Shown piece by piece: positions 39,577-53,421 of a stretch of DNA of 64,000 nucleotides (position 1 is its first letter; each line of letters begins with the position of its first letter). The stretch comes from Parasitella parasitica NRRL 2501 (lineage: Eukaryota > Fungi > Mucoromycota): NCBI GenBank assembly GCA_025201805.1, contig MU619384.1, forward strand, positions 1-64,000. Reading direction: 5' to 3'. A program made the position numbers and the translations under genes. The notes under the pieces are model-generated. The model did no database searches. It saw only the letters and a list, made by a program, of their open reading frames with translations, and had not been told where the DNA came from.

Positions 39577-42509
39577 ATGTACTATAGGTCTTGGATATCA
39601 TGCATTTTTATATCCACTGTGTTACCATTTTTGATACTAGGTAGTAACCTTATATATTCCGGCACGCACCACACATAAAACAATAGTAACAAATTTTCAC
39701 AGGGCACAGTTTCCATGACAATCAATTAAATAGAATCGAGTCGATATCGAACTTAAATGTCCAGATTGCACCTAGATCTCGAACTTTTTTTGAGAAAAGA
39801 TCCCAATCAGCGAATCCAGAACGCCAGTCAAAAAAACTCGAACATGACGACTCAATTCGACTTTCGTTGAACGCCTACAATCAAACATTCTATCTACATC
39901 TCGAACCAAATCTTGATTTATTCCATCCTGAAGCTGTTGTGCACCATAATGGAGAGACTACAAGCCAGCGTATTCAGCGACAGGATATTCTGGTTTATAA
40001 AGGCCATGTTGTTCAGTCTTTTGATATGGATAATCGCTGGATCCAAGAAAAAGCAGGTATCTTGCAATTTAATTCAGAGGCAACAAAGCTTGGATGGGCC
40101 AGAATATTGATACGACATGATTTAATGTTAAAGTGAGGATTGCATCTGTACAATAAAAACAAAAAAGGTTATAGATTCACTTATATTTACATATATACAG
40201 GCACAAAACCGATCAACCTATCATTGAGGGTGCATTCAAGATCAAAAACGACATCTATCATATAAAATCAACTGCGAATTATAACCTTGTCAAAAGATCC
40301 GTAGATATTGCCGCTCTTCATTCGGATATGATGGTCATTTATCGTGATTCTGACACGCAGCAGCAGCCACAACAACAACAGATAGTAGCATCCAAATCAC
40401 ATGGATGTGGATTTGACAATCTGCTTCACAGATCACTCGTCAAACGAGGAGACGAACAGTTGCAATCAAACAATGGGTTTACCAAGCTGACTGGTCAGGG
40501 GTGCCCTACCACCAAAAAAAGTAATTATTGTGATTCTCCCTCATTGCAATTAATTTATTACTAATGAATATATTTGTATGATATAGTCAATTATATGGGA
40601 GCAGGTAAAAATAGATGACAAAAATAAAACAAACAATTTACCAACTACCCTTTAATTTTATCAGCTGCCGATTGCACTTATGTCCAGTACTACAAAAGCG
40701 TTGATAATGCGAAAACTCAAATCATCAATAATTTTAACATGGCCTCTGCTGTTTTTGAAGAAACATTCAACATATCACTTGGTTTGATCAACATCACAAT
40801 CATGGACCGCAGCTGTCCCGCTCAAATTGACAAGAATGTCGACTGGAACAGAGCCTGTAATGGCAGTTACTCTCTGGGAGATCGACTGAGCGATTTCAGC
40901 CTTTGGAGATCAAAAATGAGCAACGATGGAGCGGGTCTTTGGCATTTGATGACAAATTGCGCGTGAGTATATATGGTTTTATGATTTGATTGTTAGTGCT
41001 GACCAATATACAAATTAATAGCACGGGGGTAGAAGTAGGTTTGGCCTGGTTGAAACAATTGTGTAATACAGATGCAGCTGCCCAAATCAGTTCAGACGGA
41101 AAAGAGCACTTTGTTTCCGGTACTGGTGTATCTGCAATAAGTAAGCCCAAGCATCTAAACAAGCACTTTTTTTTTTTTTTTTTTATTGACAAACATTATT
41201 AGCACGAGACGAATGGAAAGTAGTTGCACACGAAATTGGGCATGGTTTTGGTAAGGCTCAAGATGTAAATATCCAAAAGCTATGTATGATTAACGAGTCT
41301 TTATATTTCTCAGGTGCTATCCATGACTGCACAGCAGACGATTGCCCTTGTGTGGGCGAAGATTGCCAATGCTGTCAGCTCAGCTCAAATCAATGCGATT
41401 CAAGTGGGTATTTGATGAGTGCACTTAGCAACAGATCTGCAGAGACATTCAGCCCATGTTCAGTCAATACCATCTGTAACGCCTTTCCTGGTATCGGGTC
41501 TTGTTTAGTTGATGCAAACGACAAGCTTCATCAAGTCTATCAATTAAATTCGTGTGGCAACGGTATCCAAGAAGAAGGCGAAGAATGCGATACGAATGGC
41601 GTCGATACAGCGTGCTGCGACGCTACAACCTGCAAATTGAAACCAACTGCCGTTTGCGAAGACTCTAATCAAAGCTGCTGTCAGAGTTGTCAAATCAAGC
41701 CCAAAAACGACCTCTGCCGACCAGCGTCATCCCCCTGTGACCTTGAAGAGTATTGTACAGGCAATTCAGCTGAATGCCCAGCAGATGCATACGTACGAGA
41801 CGGTGCAGCATGCGGATCAGATGGCTATACATGCGCTTCCGGACAATGCACTTCTCGAGATGAGCAATGCCTTTCTCGTGGTTCGGTGCTGAATGTCACG
41901 CAATCCTGTATGCGAAACAATGAAGAGTGTAGATTGTTATGTAATTCGCCTAGTGGCGACAAATGCTTGATGTTCAGTGGCAATTTTATCGATGGTACGC
42001 CTTGTGGGTTTGGAGGTAGATGTCTTTCTGGCGATTGTCAAAACGGTGGGCCTATTGGCAGCAGCATGCTTTATCTTGGCGACCATAAAAATGTAGCCAT
42101 TCCGATTGGAATCGTTGTATTTCTAGTGATATCTGCCTTTGCGCTTCTCTTGTTCTGGCTTGGATGCTGTCCTTGCACAGGCTGCAAAGAAAAAAGACCA
42201 AGAAGAAGTGTGCGAGCTGCCAGTTCAGCCAGCTCACATTACTACTCCCATAGTGGCTCTATGGATTTACCTGACTATGCTGAATTCGTCCCAACGACAA
42301 AATTCGGTGAACAAGTGAAACATTCGCTAGATTTCATGACGCCACCGCCTTACACCTCTATCAGCACAGATCAACAGCAGCATCAGACTAAAGAAAAACG
42401 CAATCTAAACGATTCAACATCTCCTTGTCCATCATCGTCGTCTTCATCCTCCAGTTTGGCGGCAATTGTAAATACTGAAGACACAACGAAAACCGAAAAG
42501 AATGAATAA
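39577..42509 (+). CDS. ADAM-family metalloprotease-disintegrin (multi-exon)
   Basis: Signal peptide; prodomain AYNQTFYLHLEPNLDL; AADC; GLWHLMTNC; zinc motif HEIGHGF|GAIHD; disintegrin CGNGIQEEGEECD...CDLEEYCTGNSAECP; transmembrane helix IPIGIVVFLVISAFALLLFWL. Confidence 0.93.
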
Positions 42510-42611
42510 TGATGTAAAAAAAAATACCCTTTTGTAACATATATAATGTAGTCAATTATCATAGAGTTTATTCAAATAAAATTAAATATTACCCCTCCCC
42601 CCCCAACCCCG

Positions 42612-44165
42612 TTAGGAAAGACTTTCGAGAACAGTTGCTAACGTTTTCATGTCGTCTCTTATGCTCTTTGCAAATCGAACGACCTTTTCCTTGTTGTCTA
42701 ATACTTCAATTGTCTGCGTAAGTGCATTGTATCTCACAGAAAATGGTCGATTCATTTTAGCTGCAAAATCCCTCACTTTCTCTTGCGCATCTTTGAATGA
42801 TTCCGCTACAAAGTAAGTCGGCTGAAATTCTGTAATGGGGTATTTTTGAAGCGCAGTTTTCGAAGGATCGAATGGCTTAAGTTCAGGTTTATCCGACAAC
42901 GCATACTCGAGCTCACCAAACGAACTTAATAACCCAGCGCCGTAGGCTTTCACTTCTCCATCTTGACGGCACAAACCAAACTCCACTGTAAACCAGAAAA
43001 TAGTAGCTAACTTGGATATATCCTCGTCTGAAGCACCGAGAGATGCCAGACCGATTTCTTGAGAAAAGTCGGCAAAGTCAGGATCAGCAAACTAAGCATA
43101 AAATATTTAGTCAACTGATTGCGACCACCACATGTACATGCCATATATATGTAAAAAAAGCAAAAAAAAACAAAAAACTTACTAATGGAACATGACCTAG
43201 CAATTCATGGCAAACGTCAGGCTCCGGCGTGTAAAATGGCTTTGAAGAGTGTCTGATGTATTGGGTAGAGTAGAAAATTCTGAATGCAAACGAATTCAAG
43301 AAATCGCGGCTGGATAACAAACCCATGACGGGGCGAATAGTGAAGCCTGTGCAGTCCTTTAGGAAGCGAGAGATTTGCTCGATTTGCGGAATTTTCTTTT
43401 CATTGTAGCCACAATTTTGGATCAAAAGAGGCAGCACATACTGATGTTCACGGCATGCATGTGTCGGGTACATGGCAGTCAATCCACGGAAGACTTTGCC
43501 CCAAGTCTCGTTTTCTTCATCAGTGTACTCGATCTCAGGAACAGACTGGCCGGTACGATAGGTCTTTGCAATGCGAGTGATTTCGGCACGGCGGGCACGA
43601 TAAACAGGATCATTAGCACCGGGATGGTCAGAGCCTATTGCCTCATGTTAGCATTCACGATTACCGTGGGAAAAATGTATACTTTACTGAGTTCTTCGCC
43701 CATTTCCAAGACCTTGTCGGCAAAAGTGTCCAAATCTGTCAGCTTGCGTGGGAACCAAGGGACGCTATCTAAAGAAAAGTTTCGCACGCTCAGTATAATC
43801 AAAGACTGACAGGCCATCATTAGATATAATATATACCTCCAGTGGTACTGTCAGATCCTATAACACGCACGTCTTTTGTATGCTTGCGAAGACCTTCGAC
43901 GACATTGGCTACTTGCATCGCATCCTTGGCATCAAAGTCAACAAAAAAGTCGTAATCCCACTCTTGGGTGCGGCTAGGACGACTACATGGCACGGTGAAT
44001 ATGGCATAAAAAAAGCATCCGTGTTCAGACTTACGATTCAATACGAGTGAGGGAAATGTCCATGGCCTTGATGGCGGCCAAGCAGCTCTCAAGGCCTCCG
44101 ATCTTGTCTTGGATGGCAAAACATAGGGTAGTTTTCAGATTCTGGTTGGTGTTGGCAGGCGACAT
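42612..44165 (-). CDS. PAH: Phenylalanine-4-hydroxylase (ACT domain + BH4-dependent catalytic domain, multi-exon)
   Basis: ACT LTRIES|RPSR...YDFFVD; VPWFPRK; DHPG; GLLSSRDFL; STQYIRH; [17 protein letters not shown]|FAD; [10 protein letters not shown]; [14 protein letters not shown]. The His-His-Glu iron triad is intact. Confidence 0.96.
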
Positions 44166-44954
44166 TTCTTACTGTTTGCTAATGAAGAAAAAGAGAGTAA
44201 AAATAGAAATAAATGAGAGGGTTTTTATGGAGCATCAGCCGGAAAGGCTTTGATTTGCATTTTGCCACGATCACGTGCGCATAATTGTTGAACCCTCTGT
44301 TCATGCAAATGATGTCAGAAATTTAATTGCTTCAAGTAAGCGATACATTCATTAACTATTCAAGAGTAATGTTCACACGATATCTTGCGCAGCACAAAAC
44401 AAGCAATCACTGTAAATTCCTGGGTCAGCGAGGCAAAAAGTTACGAGTGCATTGCTAATCAGTAGGCCCTAGATTTCAGTGGTCGCCCGAATTTTGATGC
44501 AATGCATGATGCTTGTCAGCTTCAAACATGCATGTCGTATTAGCCAATGCTAGACAGGGTGCATACGCTGCCTTTCGTGTCCTCGTAACAATGCAGTCAT
44601 CCCCAGCAATTCCACAGCCAGCCTCAACAGGAAAATAAATATGTTGATGCATCTTCTCAAATTCCATTATGCTGGGTGATTTTCTATAGCTTCACAGTGG
44701 AGTGATGGGACTTCATGTTCACTCGGCAATTAGTGATGTCAAGCGTATATAGTTTCTTCCAGAACGCTTTAGTATTGGTATACTTTGAATCAGTACTTTG
44801 ATCATTTTACAATTGATAAATTGTCGTTCTACTGGTGTACAGTGATTCTACACAAGTAAACAACTTTTATTTTGTATCATGTTGCAATTAATTGTATATG
44901 CTTGAGTGCAAGCAGTAGTAGTAGGGTATGCATCATCCTAAAGACATATTGTCT

Positions 44955-47093
44955 TTACTCTTTTCTATTGTCATAAACTTCTGTAATGGACAGAGTATTT
45001 TCATTTACAGCCTCGTTTTGATGATCATCGTTGATTTCTTTCTTGTCCAAAGAAGCAGCAGTTGTATCCGACTTGACGTTGTTCATGTCTTCTCTCATAA
45101 CATAAGCCTTAAGCCCTAATGTGGCCACTAAACCAGCAGCAGCAAACGCAAAAGATCCCCAAAAAGACATTTTTACGGCCTGCATATATGCATCCAATAC
45201 AGTAGACCGTGTTGGCTCTGGCAAACTCCACACATAAGCAGAGCTTTGTCGCACCTGCTCAGGAACCACTCCTGGTAGTTGCAAAGCACTTAACTTGGTA
45301 GCCAAGGTATTGGAGAGTATACTTCCTTGCGCTGTAATGCCTGTGATGCCCCCTACCTGATCACAAAAAGTCATAAATGCTACCATGGACGACACGCTGA
45401 GTAAAATAAATTAGGCTTGGATATTGTGTTACGTGGAATGATTATACATAAGGACTTACTGTTCAATGAAAACAGATGCCTGTGCTGTAATGATCTCACT
45501 GTTAATCATGCCACCACTGCCAATGCCTGTCACCACCATCAGTCCAACAATCAGTCCACGACTCGAGTCAACTTTCAGCAATTGCAAAAGCCCACACGCA
45601 ATGACAAGTATGCAAAGTGAGCTCCTCGAGGCCCATGTGTAGGTTCCAGTTTTGACGATAGCAAGCCCTGTAAGCACATTAAAGATACAAGCCAACAGTA
45701 CTAGACATAGCAGTTCCAAGTTAGATGCCATAGACGGTTCTTGCCGTATCACCGAGAGATAGAGAGGAACGTAGGTCATGAGAGATTGAAAGCATCCACC
45801 GTAGCAAAATGCAGCTATCAGAATAAGCACAGAGCTGCGATTTGCAAAGATCCCGCGGGGGACGATTGGATTCTTTGCCATTTTTTGTTCATAAACGCCA
45901 AAGATGATCAATAATACACCGGCAACACATAATAAAGCGATGATCACAGCATTGCTCCATGCGTAAGTCGTTCCTCCCCAACTTAGCGCTAGCACAAGAC
46001 AGACTACACCGCCGCACCAAAGAAACACACCCACGAAATCAATCTGACTTGGTTGCTCGCTATAGACATTGCAATGGCCTTCAATGGCAACGAAAATCAA
46101 TCCTAATGCAACAACACAGCTACGAAAGATGTCAGTTGGCACTTTTCTTTGCAAGATCCACGAAGCTCGACTTACAATCCAAGCTACAAATACGAATCCA
46201 TTCGGTATAATTAGAACGGCACACATGTACTAGTAATGCACACTTACAGCCATCCAGAAGACCGATCTCCAGCTAGTATTTTCTGCAGCAACACCGCCTG
46301 TAATCCATGGCTCATATTAGTCATCACATGCCGGTTATGACAACATGCTACATACCAACAAGGGCTCCTACGACGTAGCCCAAGCCCCAAGATATCCCCA
46401 GCATGGATTGATATATGCCAATATATCGAACAGGTATATAGTCTATATACTCAGTCTGCATAAACAAACTTGACGACCAATCTTCTACTATTTCCCATTA
46501 AATACCTGCCACTACAATCTTCATCAGCGTGTCGAATGCGCCTATACCCAAACCACACAATGCACGTGCAACAATCAGCATCACCATCGATTGTGCCGCT
46601 CCACAAAGCACTGCGCCTATCAGGTAACTGCATGTAGCAAACAAGAAGCAAATCCTTCGGCCAAACATATCTGCACATTTCCCATACAAAGGCTGTGATG
46701 TCGATGCTGTTAAAAGAAAGGCCTAATATCAGCATTTTGGGTGTGTGAGTATATCTTGGATTTGTGATTATTAATCGAGAGTCATGATTCATACAGTGTT
46801 GACCCACCCATATAAACCAAAACTATTGAATTCTATTGCGCTCATCAGTACACCCCACTATACATGTCTGGATCATACTTGCCTGAAGCTATTAATGGCG
46901 TGTTGCTCGCTACAATAATGTTGTCAAAAGCTGCCAAGAACGAAACTACGCATAAACTTGCTAAAATAATGAATATGGCAGGAGTTTTTCTGTGCTGCTT
47001 TCAGAATATGACAACTCACGATGCAATAGTCAAGTAGAGTCGCTTCGATGATGTTTTTTGACCTTCTAAATCATGATCTGTTTGTTGTATCAT
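44955..47093 (-). CDS. MFS drug:H+ antiporter-like transporter (DHA2, 14-TMS type, multi-exon)
   Basis: SFLAAFDNIIVAS, QPLYGKCADMFGRR (motif A), ARALCGLG, GPLVG, SWRSVFW, IDFVG and ALSWGG..YAW. One GC-AG intron at 46882-46833. Confidence 0.9.
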
Positions 47094-50000
47094 TTTTTTA
47101 GCTTTGTTGAAAGAAATAAACTTTATTCCATGAAGGAATTTGTGAACTTCATATATATTGCCAATGCTGCGTTTCAATTCTACAGAACGACGATGATGCT
47201 GCCAGCTGTACCTGACCTCTCAACATTGCCAGCACCAAGACATCTTGCAGCCGAAAAAAAAATTATTGCACTTGAAATTTTGCAGATTAATCAGCTATTC
47301 TCACACAAACAAAGGTAAAAAAAAAAATGAAGCCATCCAGTTTCACACACTATCATATAGATTAAACCCTATCCAGAGTAGATTTCTGCATGTTTGGATA
47401 TGTTGCAGTTTCTCCATACTTGATCTGGAAAGATGGTGATAGTCTGGTCCCTCCTTCACAGTTCTACAATCGGACATGGTGTTCCCTTCAAAACATTTTT
47501 ATGCGGTTGCAAAGTGAACACATGTAAGCAAATGTCTATCAAAAGCGTGCTAAACTCTAGTTATACCAGCTTACATGTATGATTTTCTAAAGACTAGCAA
47601 GCAAAATTTCTCGCACATTTAATCAATGAATGTGTTTATTGTTTGACATGATTATTTAAAGAATTAATGCGAGCTAATGTTAATTGTAGAGAGAGTATTG
47701 TGTACTGCATAGATGGAAGTGTCCACGGCCTAAATAAGACCTATGTAGCTGGAGGAAACAGTACACAATGTCGAGAGTCTACATTTCTATAAAAAAAACA
47801 AAATTGGAAATTGCTTGACGAACTGAGGACCAAAAACAAAGGGCTCAAGCTAGCAGTAGACATGTTTTGTAAAAGTATCAATGATACCAAGGCTATCTTT
47901 CAGTTTTATAAAATCCCAAAAACTACTTCAAAAATTTGTTTTTATTCAAAAATATGGACAATGTTGAAAACGCTGCTTACATATATCCAAAATTGACAAA
48001 AAGCTGTTGGATTGAGGTAATTTTATGCCTTACTTGATAAAAATGCAGATACATTTAATTATCTCAATCAGAGTATATACTAAACAAGAGAATGCTTGAA
48101 TACAGCATCTTTTTTATGAATCTCTAATAAAACAGAAAATTTTATTGTCGAAGCCATAAATTAAACATTGGGCATTGAAAGCTAGTCTATACTTATAAAG
48201 TAATTCAGAATTATAACAACACGGACACTTTGTTCTATGCAAAAGTTAAATAATGATAGACAACTTGATGGCCTATATCTCCAGATTCCCGTTATCATCC
48301 AAATCCTCCATTGATTATTTTTCAAGAACAGAAATGGCTTATGTGTAACTAGGAATTGAACCCTGATAGAAAAGGTTAAGGGCCTTTTTAGATAATGGAT
48401 GATTTTTCCCCCAACGATTTCGAGCTAGCAAATCTTTATTGTTCTATAGTTTCAGGAAAAAAAATAGAGCAAACGCTCTGTTACACCAAGGTTACTAGTG
48501 TATGTCGTATTGTGTCGCACACGTGCCCATATTTATCAAACAATCAAGCTTATACAATAAATAGAGAAAATATCAGATTAAGATACTATGTACACGCATC
48601 GGATGTACGCATTATGTAAGTAAAAAGCATATGCACACATGCATATAGCATTCAAACATGACAGGATTCAAGCACAATCGGGAAGCATAACAATCCTTAT
48701 CTCTCTCCACAATGTCTATGCTAGAACATGTATTTACCACAGACGAACACAGCCAGACAGAACTACCGACTTTCCCCGGATCTTTCATTCAACCAATAAC
48801 CATGTTTCCTTTGCATCCTGATATGTATACATACACCAAGATAATTAGGTGTGATAACGCGCGGAGTATGCATTGCGAATTGGATGGAAGCTCAGCATTT
48901 GTTGTGTTTTTGCTTGACCTGTTTTGTTAATTGATAGATATCACAACAAACCGTTTGATTGGTGTAATCGCCTCTAATCTCGTTTGGATATTATATATAC
49001 AATAAAGAATGTTTGTGGTATAGGCTCAAATGCGCTTAAACCACCATAATCCGACTTAACTTTATATAGAGTATACTTTGGATGAGCTAAAAAAAGATTA
49101 GTGAGAAAGTCCAGCCCCTCTGATTTGCATGGGAGATTGTACCTTTTTACTGGGGAAAATTAGGATGATTCCAGCGTGCTTTGAACAGATCAAGATACAT
49201 AATATAACCTTGATCATGTATGATTATGATATTATGATGATGTAGCGGTATTACAGCAAACTCCTATACACAATGTTATGCACGTTTGTGTAGTATAAAC
49301 AGTTGTAAATGTATACATTTAAGTGTGTGCGTGTGAGCGTTGTACTGTTAGCCAAGATATGAAACCCAAAAGATACAATCTTTGATCTATAAACGTAATA
49401 TATTAAAAAAAAAAAAAGTTGTTTGTTATAGAAGAAGGAACAACAGTTAAGCCTCTTTATTCTCTTGCTTGTGTGAAAAATACATATCATAATGATCTTG
49501 TTGAGCATGAGAAGATTTCTTGCTATAAATTTACCCCACAAAAACAGCCAAATTTATTTGTTTTGTGGCCATTTCACTAATATAGCAAAGAAAATAAAAG
49601 TTTCAAAGAGATGTTCTCATCGAGAAATGGCATACATTCCTCCAACAATTCCTTTCATCCAATAATCTGCTTGTAAGACCTCTAGATAACAAAAATCATG
49701 TACAACCATCGTTTATGATTGCGTGTTTTGTATAATGTCTGTAGTGTACTCCTTACAGTCTGAGTTTTTTTTTTATCGGCAGCGATCTCTTGCTAAAATA
49801 TCGATAAAAAAGTTGATCTAGCTACCACTGTGTGGTCCGAGTGTGAGAAGACATCAAAGTTCAATCTGATGATATGGCACAGTATATAAATAAAATGGTA
49901 ATCTAAATAGGAGCGTTATAATCACCAGCTTAAACATATTTGATCAGATTAGCGACAAATAAATACACAAATGTTATCATCCTTGTATAATATTGTTTGT

Positions 50001-50363
50001 TCTATCAACTATCATATATGAAACTGGATGCAAAAAAAAAAAAAAACGGTAATCAAGGAAACATAGCCTGATTTAGAAGATGAAAAACTCGGTTCGTTTC
50101 CTATATGCAGCAATCTTGGTGTATGAGAAGAATTACAGGAACTATACCTAATAATATATTGATTTAATCCATCAACAACAAGCCCGGATCAACGGGTTGA
50201 CATCCCGCAGGATAACAAAATGGTTTTAAGCATAAAGAACATTGACAACATTTTATTTTGGTATGATAATAATAAGGAGAATAGCAATTGTGTATGCATT
50301 GTAAGAAAGAGGCAAGTATTTACAGTGAAAACAGTGGTATGAGAGAGAAAAGAATCTTTTTTT

Positions 50364-51548
50364 TTAAGAAAGAACAGCAGATGGAGAAGTTGAAAAAGTA
50401 CTGTAAATGGGGTTGGAATGGGAATTGTAAAAGCAATACTTGTTGACGAAATCAGAGTAACTCATTTGATATCCTTCCGCCGAGATTGGAGGAGAAGCAG
50501 GGGGTTTAGAAGCAATCGCAATAGGTTCAGACTTTTGGTATGTAACAGCAGCGTCGACAGCAGCAGGAGCAGCATCGAATTGGTTGGAATCACCAAAGAA
50601 TACGGGAGGGGTATAGTTGAATATCTCGGTATCTACAGGAGTACCGGGTGGAGATGGAGGGGGAGATAAAGGCTTACGAGCCGCAGTAAGAGAAGCAGTA
50701 AAGTCGTATCTTCTACCCAATATCTTTGTCGTCTCTTTGTTTTCTCGGGCAGTGTTATCAGTAGCGACGGTAGACGTTGTAAAAGTGCTGGTAGGTGTAT
50801 TGTTAGTGATGGAAGCCTGTTCTTGTTTATTATCCATGAGTTTGCTGGTATCAGTTTGTTTAGTATCAGTACTTGATTCATCAGGAGTCATGATAACTTG
50901 ATAATTCATGCCATTATTGTTATCCCAGTATTCTTGATCGCCCACAGTATATCTCAATGCAAAATAAATAGTTTGAGTTGCTTGCTTGGCCTCAACAGGA
51001 ATGGAAAAGTAGAATCGATCCCAAGTGTTTGATGTGCTTGCAATAGACTCGCGGTATTCACCGGTAATTTCTGAAAACGTGCGCCACAAGTCCAGAGTGT
51101 ATCTGATCGAGACCAGTTTGTGAAATGATAGATTAGCAGCTCTGCAACGGCCTTGCAGAACGAGTTTATTATCTGTCATGTGCTCAACATCACCGTCTAT
51201 CAACTGCACTGCTTCCATGCGGATCTTGTTATCAGTACAGTAAAATATTTGGTTTCTTGTGGGCCAGTTGGGCTGTGTCAACTTGTAATCCTCTGCGGAA
51301 GTATCCATTGAGGGTGGATCGCTCTTGACACTAAGAGGCGATTGCGTTTTATAGAAATAGCGAACTTGCTCGAGCTGATCTTGATCATCATGGAATCGAA
51401 CAGATTTCCTGTTGGAAGAGTATTTCTGTTGTACAACAAAAGGATCATTGATCTGATGTGTAGAGCGCTTTAGCATGACTCTTTTTTTGTATTGATGAAG
51501 CATTGGGTTTATGTAGTGGACATTGGTTGAGGATATTGTGGATGTCAT
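50364..51548 (-). CDS. CBM21-domain protein phosphatase 1 glycogen-targeting subunit (Gac1/PPP1R3-like, intronless)
   Basis: RVxF motif RKSVRF followed by LEQVRYF; CBM21 motifs GRCRAANLSFHKLVSIRYTLDLW, WDRFYF and YWDNNNGMNY. Confidence 0.9.
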   Translation of the reverse strand: MTSTISSTNVHYINPMLHQYKKRVMLKRSTHQINDPFVVQQKYSSNRKSVRFHDDQDQLEQVRYFYKTQSPLSVKSDPPSMDTSAEDYKLTQPNWPTRNQIFYCTDNKIRMEAVQLIDGDVEHMTDNKLVLQGRCRAANLSFHKLVSIRYTLDLWRTFSEITGEYRESIASTSNTWDRFYFSIPVEAKQATQTIYFALRYTVGDQEYWDNNNGMNYQVIMTPDESSTDTKQTDTSKLMDNKQEQASITNNTPTSTFTTSTVATDNTARENKETTKILGRRYDFTASLTAARKPLSPPPSPPGTPVDTEIFNYTPPVFFGDSNQFDAAPAAVDAAVTYQKSEPIAIASKPPASPPISAEGYQMSYSDFVNKYCFYNSHSNPIYSTFSTSPSAVLS

Positions 51549-53421
51549 GGCTGTTTAGCTTATATGTATGTACAGGTGAGAGAAACAAAGAATAAAAAAA
51601 AATAAGAAGTAGGATTGATAGGATGCGAAAGAAACGGATAAAGCAAATAATAATCGCTCTATTTATAAGAAAAATAAACCAAGGCGAATATTTTAGAGTT
51701 CGATATGCTCGTTTCACCAACTCCAGAGAATTTGCTCCGTTTATATCTGATTTTGTAACTGTCTGGACCTTTTTCTTGTAGTTGTACAAGATATATCTAT
51801 ACAGAATAATTAAGAAACTCCAAGTTTTATTTACTTACTCTAGATAGATATTGCGCCAAGTTCTCACACAATATCTTACTTTTGTTACACCTACTTGTTG
51901 GTTTTTTTTTTCTATCAAAATCCACCATTAAATGGAAAATTTTCTTTCTTTTTTTTTTTTTATTTATTTGAAATGGCGTCAAAACTCAATGGAAAAGATG
52001 GCCTGAGTGTTTTTTGATTCAACTTTGCATTGTAATCAATTGGACCATTCAACCATAAAAAGTCTTTTCTCGGGGAATACATCTCTCTTTTTGTCTAATC
52101 GATAAATAGAAAGGTGTGATAATAAGGTTTTTAAAATTTTACCTCTCCTCTTTTTTTTTAAAAAAAAAAAGTTGAGACATCAAGCATGGCATAAGGGTCT
52201 TCCCGCTCATTTCCCGTATATATTAGTTATACAAAAAAAAAAAGAAAAACAGTGTTGGGCGCATTGTTATGTATCATGCGAATCGATCTTGTGTTCAATT
52301 GTTATTTTGTTTGGTAAAATGGAATACTCAAACAAACATTACAATGCGTTCAAGAATACTCTTTGCTTGCCCTGTATTTTTCCTTTTCTTTCAGGTGAAA
52401 CATTGGAAAAATAGTGTCTCAAAAATTGAGCGATTTGAGTTGAACACGGCTATTATCACAAGTTTTGTTACAATTATGCAACCTTTCTTCCTAAATTATA
52501 ACAATATTTATCGGATGACAAAAAAGCTGTATGATAGTAAAGTGTCAAGAGAAAAAAATAATGGTATGCAGTTGAAACAAAAAGAGGCACTCATGGAATT
52601 TACTCATTTATGCATGAGTTTATGAAACAAGAAATCGAATTGCATTTGATTGATTGATTGCAACGTACCATGTGCAATAAGGATAAATTGCGATATTTTA
52701 CTGTGGTAACGATATTACATTATAGCGTGGCGATCACTGTCTTGAATTGATAACAAAATGTATGCATAAACTGCTCAATTTTAGGGCCTACCATCATTGG
52801 CATTTTCGCAGCATTGGTTCCTGGCAATCCCGACACAGATATGCTGCCATATGGTAACTGAGTGGATTTTCAATATTCTATCGCAATTTCTCATTTTATC
52901 GCCGCATAAATCTAACATCTAAAAACACTCTAATCAGAGATGGATCATATATTGAGCATACTCCTTTGTACCAGATACATTACAAAAATAGCATATCTTT
53001 ATTTTTTATAGGGTGATCCCATATTGGATCTGCATTAAATAACTTTTTTTGGTTAAGTGTATTATGTCTATACCGTTATATCCAAACAACACAAGGTCTT
53101 CGTAGACTTCTGGACAATGGCTTGTAGATCTTGTGCGACAAAAATGCCAAATCGATAAGCAGAATTACGCTTGCACCTACATTCACCTTGTTTGATTTGA
53201 TATGAAAAACACGATACAGGAATATTTAGGAGCATAATCACCCCAGTTTTCTTCTAAAAAATACGACACATATTTCTCAGTGCTTCTTCTTCTTGAGACA
53301 TAGTTTATTTTCTACATAGGTATATGATACATGATACAAAAAAGTAAGAAAAAAATAAAAAATAAAAAAAAAAAAATGAAATGATAGGGAATATCTGGTA
53401 TAGATGATAATGTACAATATA

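Noticed and set aside
50181-50213. Two adjacent small hairpins downstream of the CBM21 gene
   Set aside because: Stems of only 4-6 bp, with no Helitron-type CTRR end or known RNA motif.
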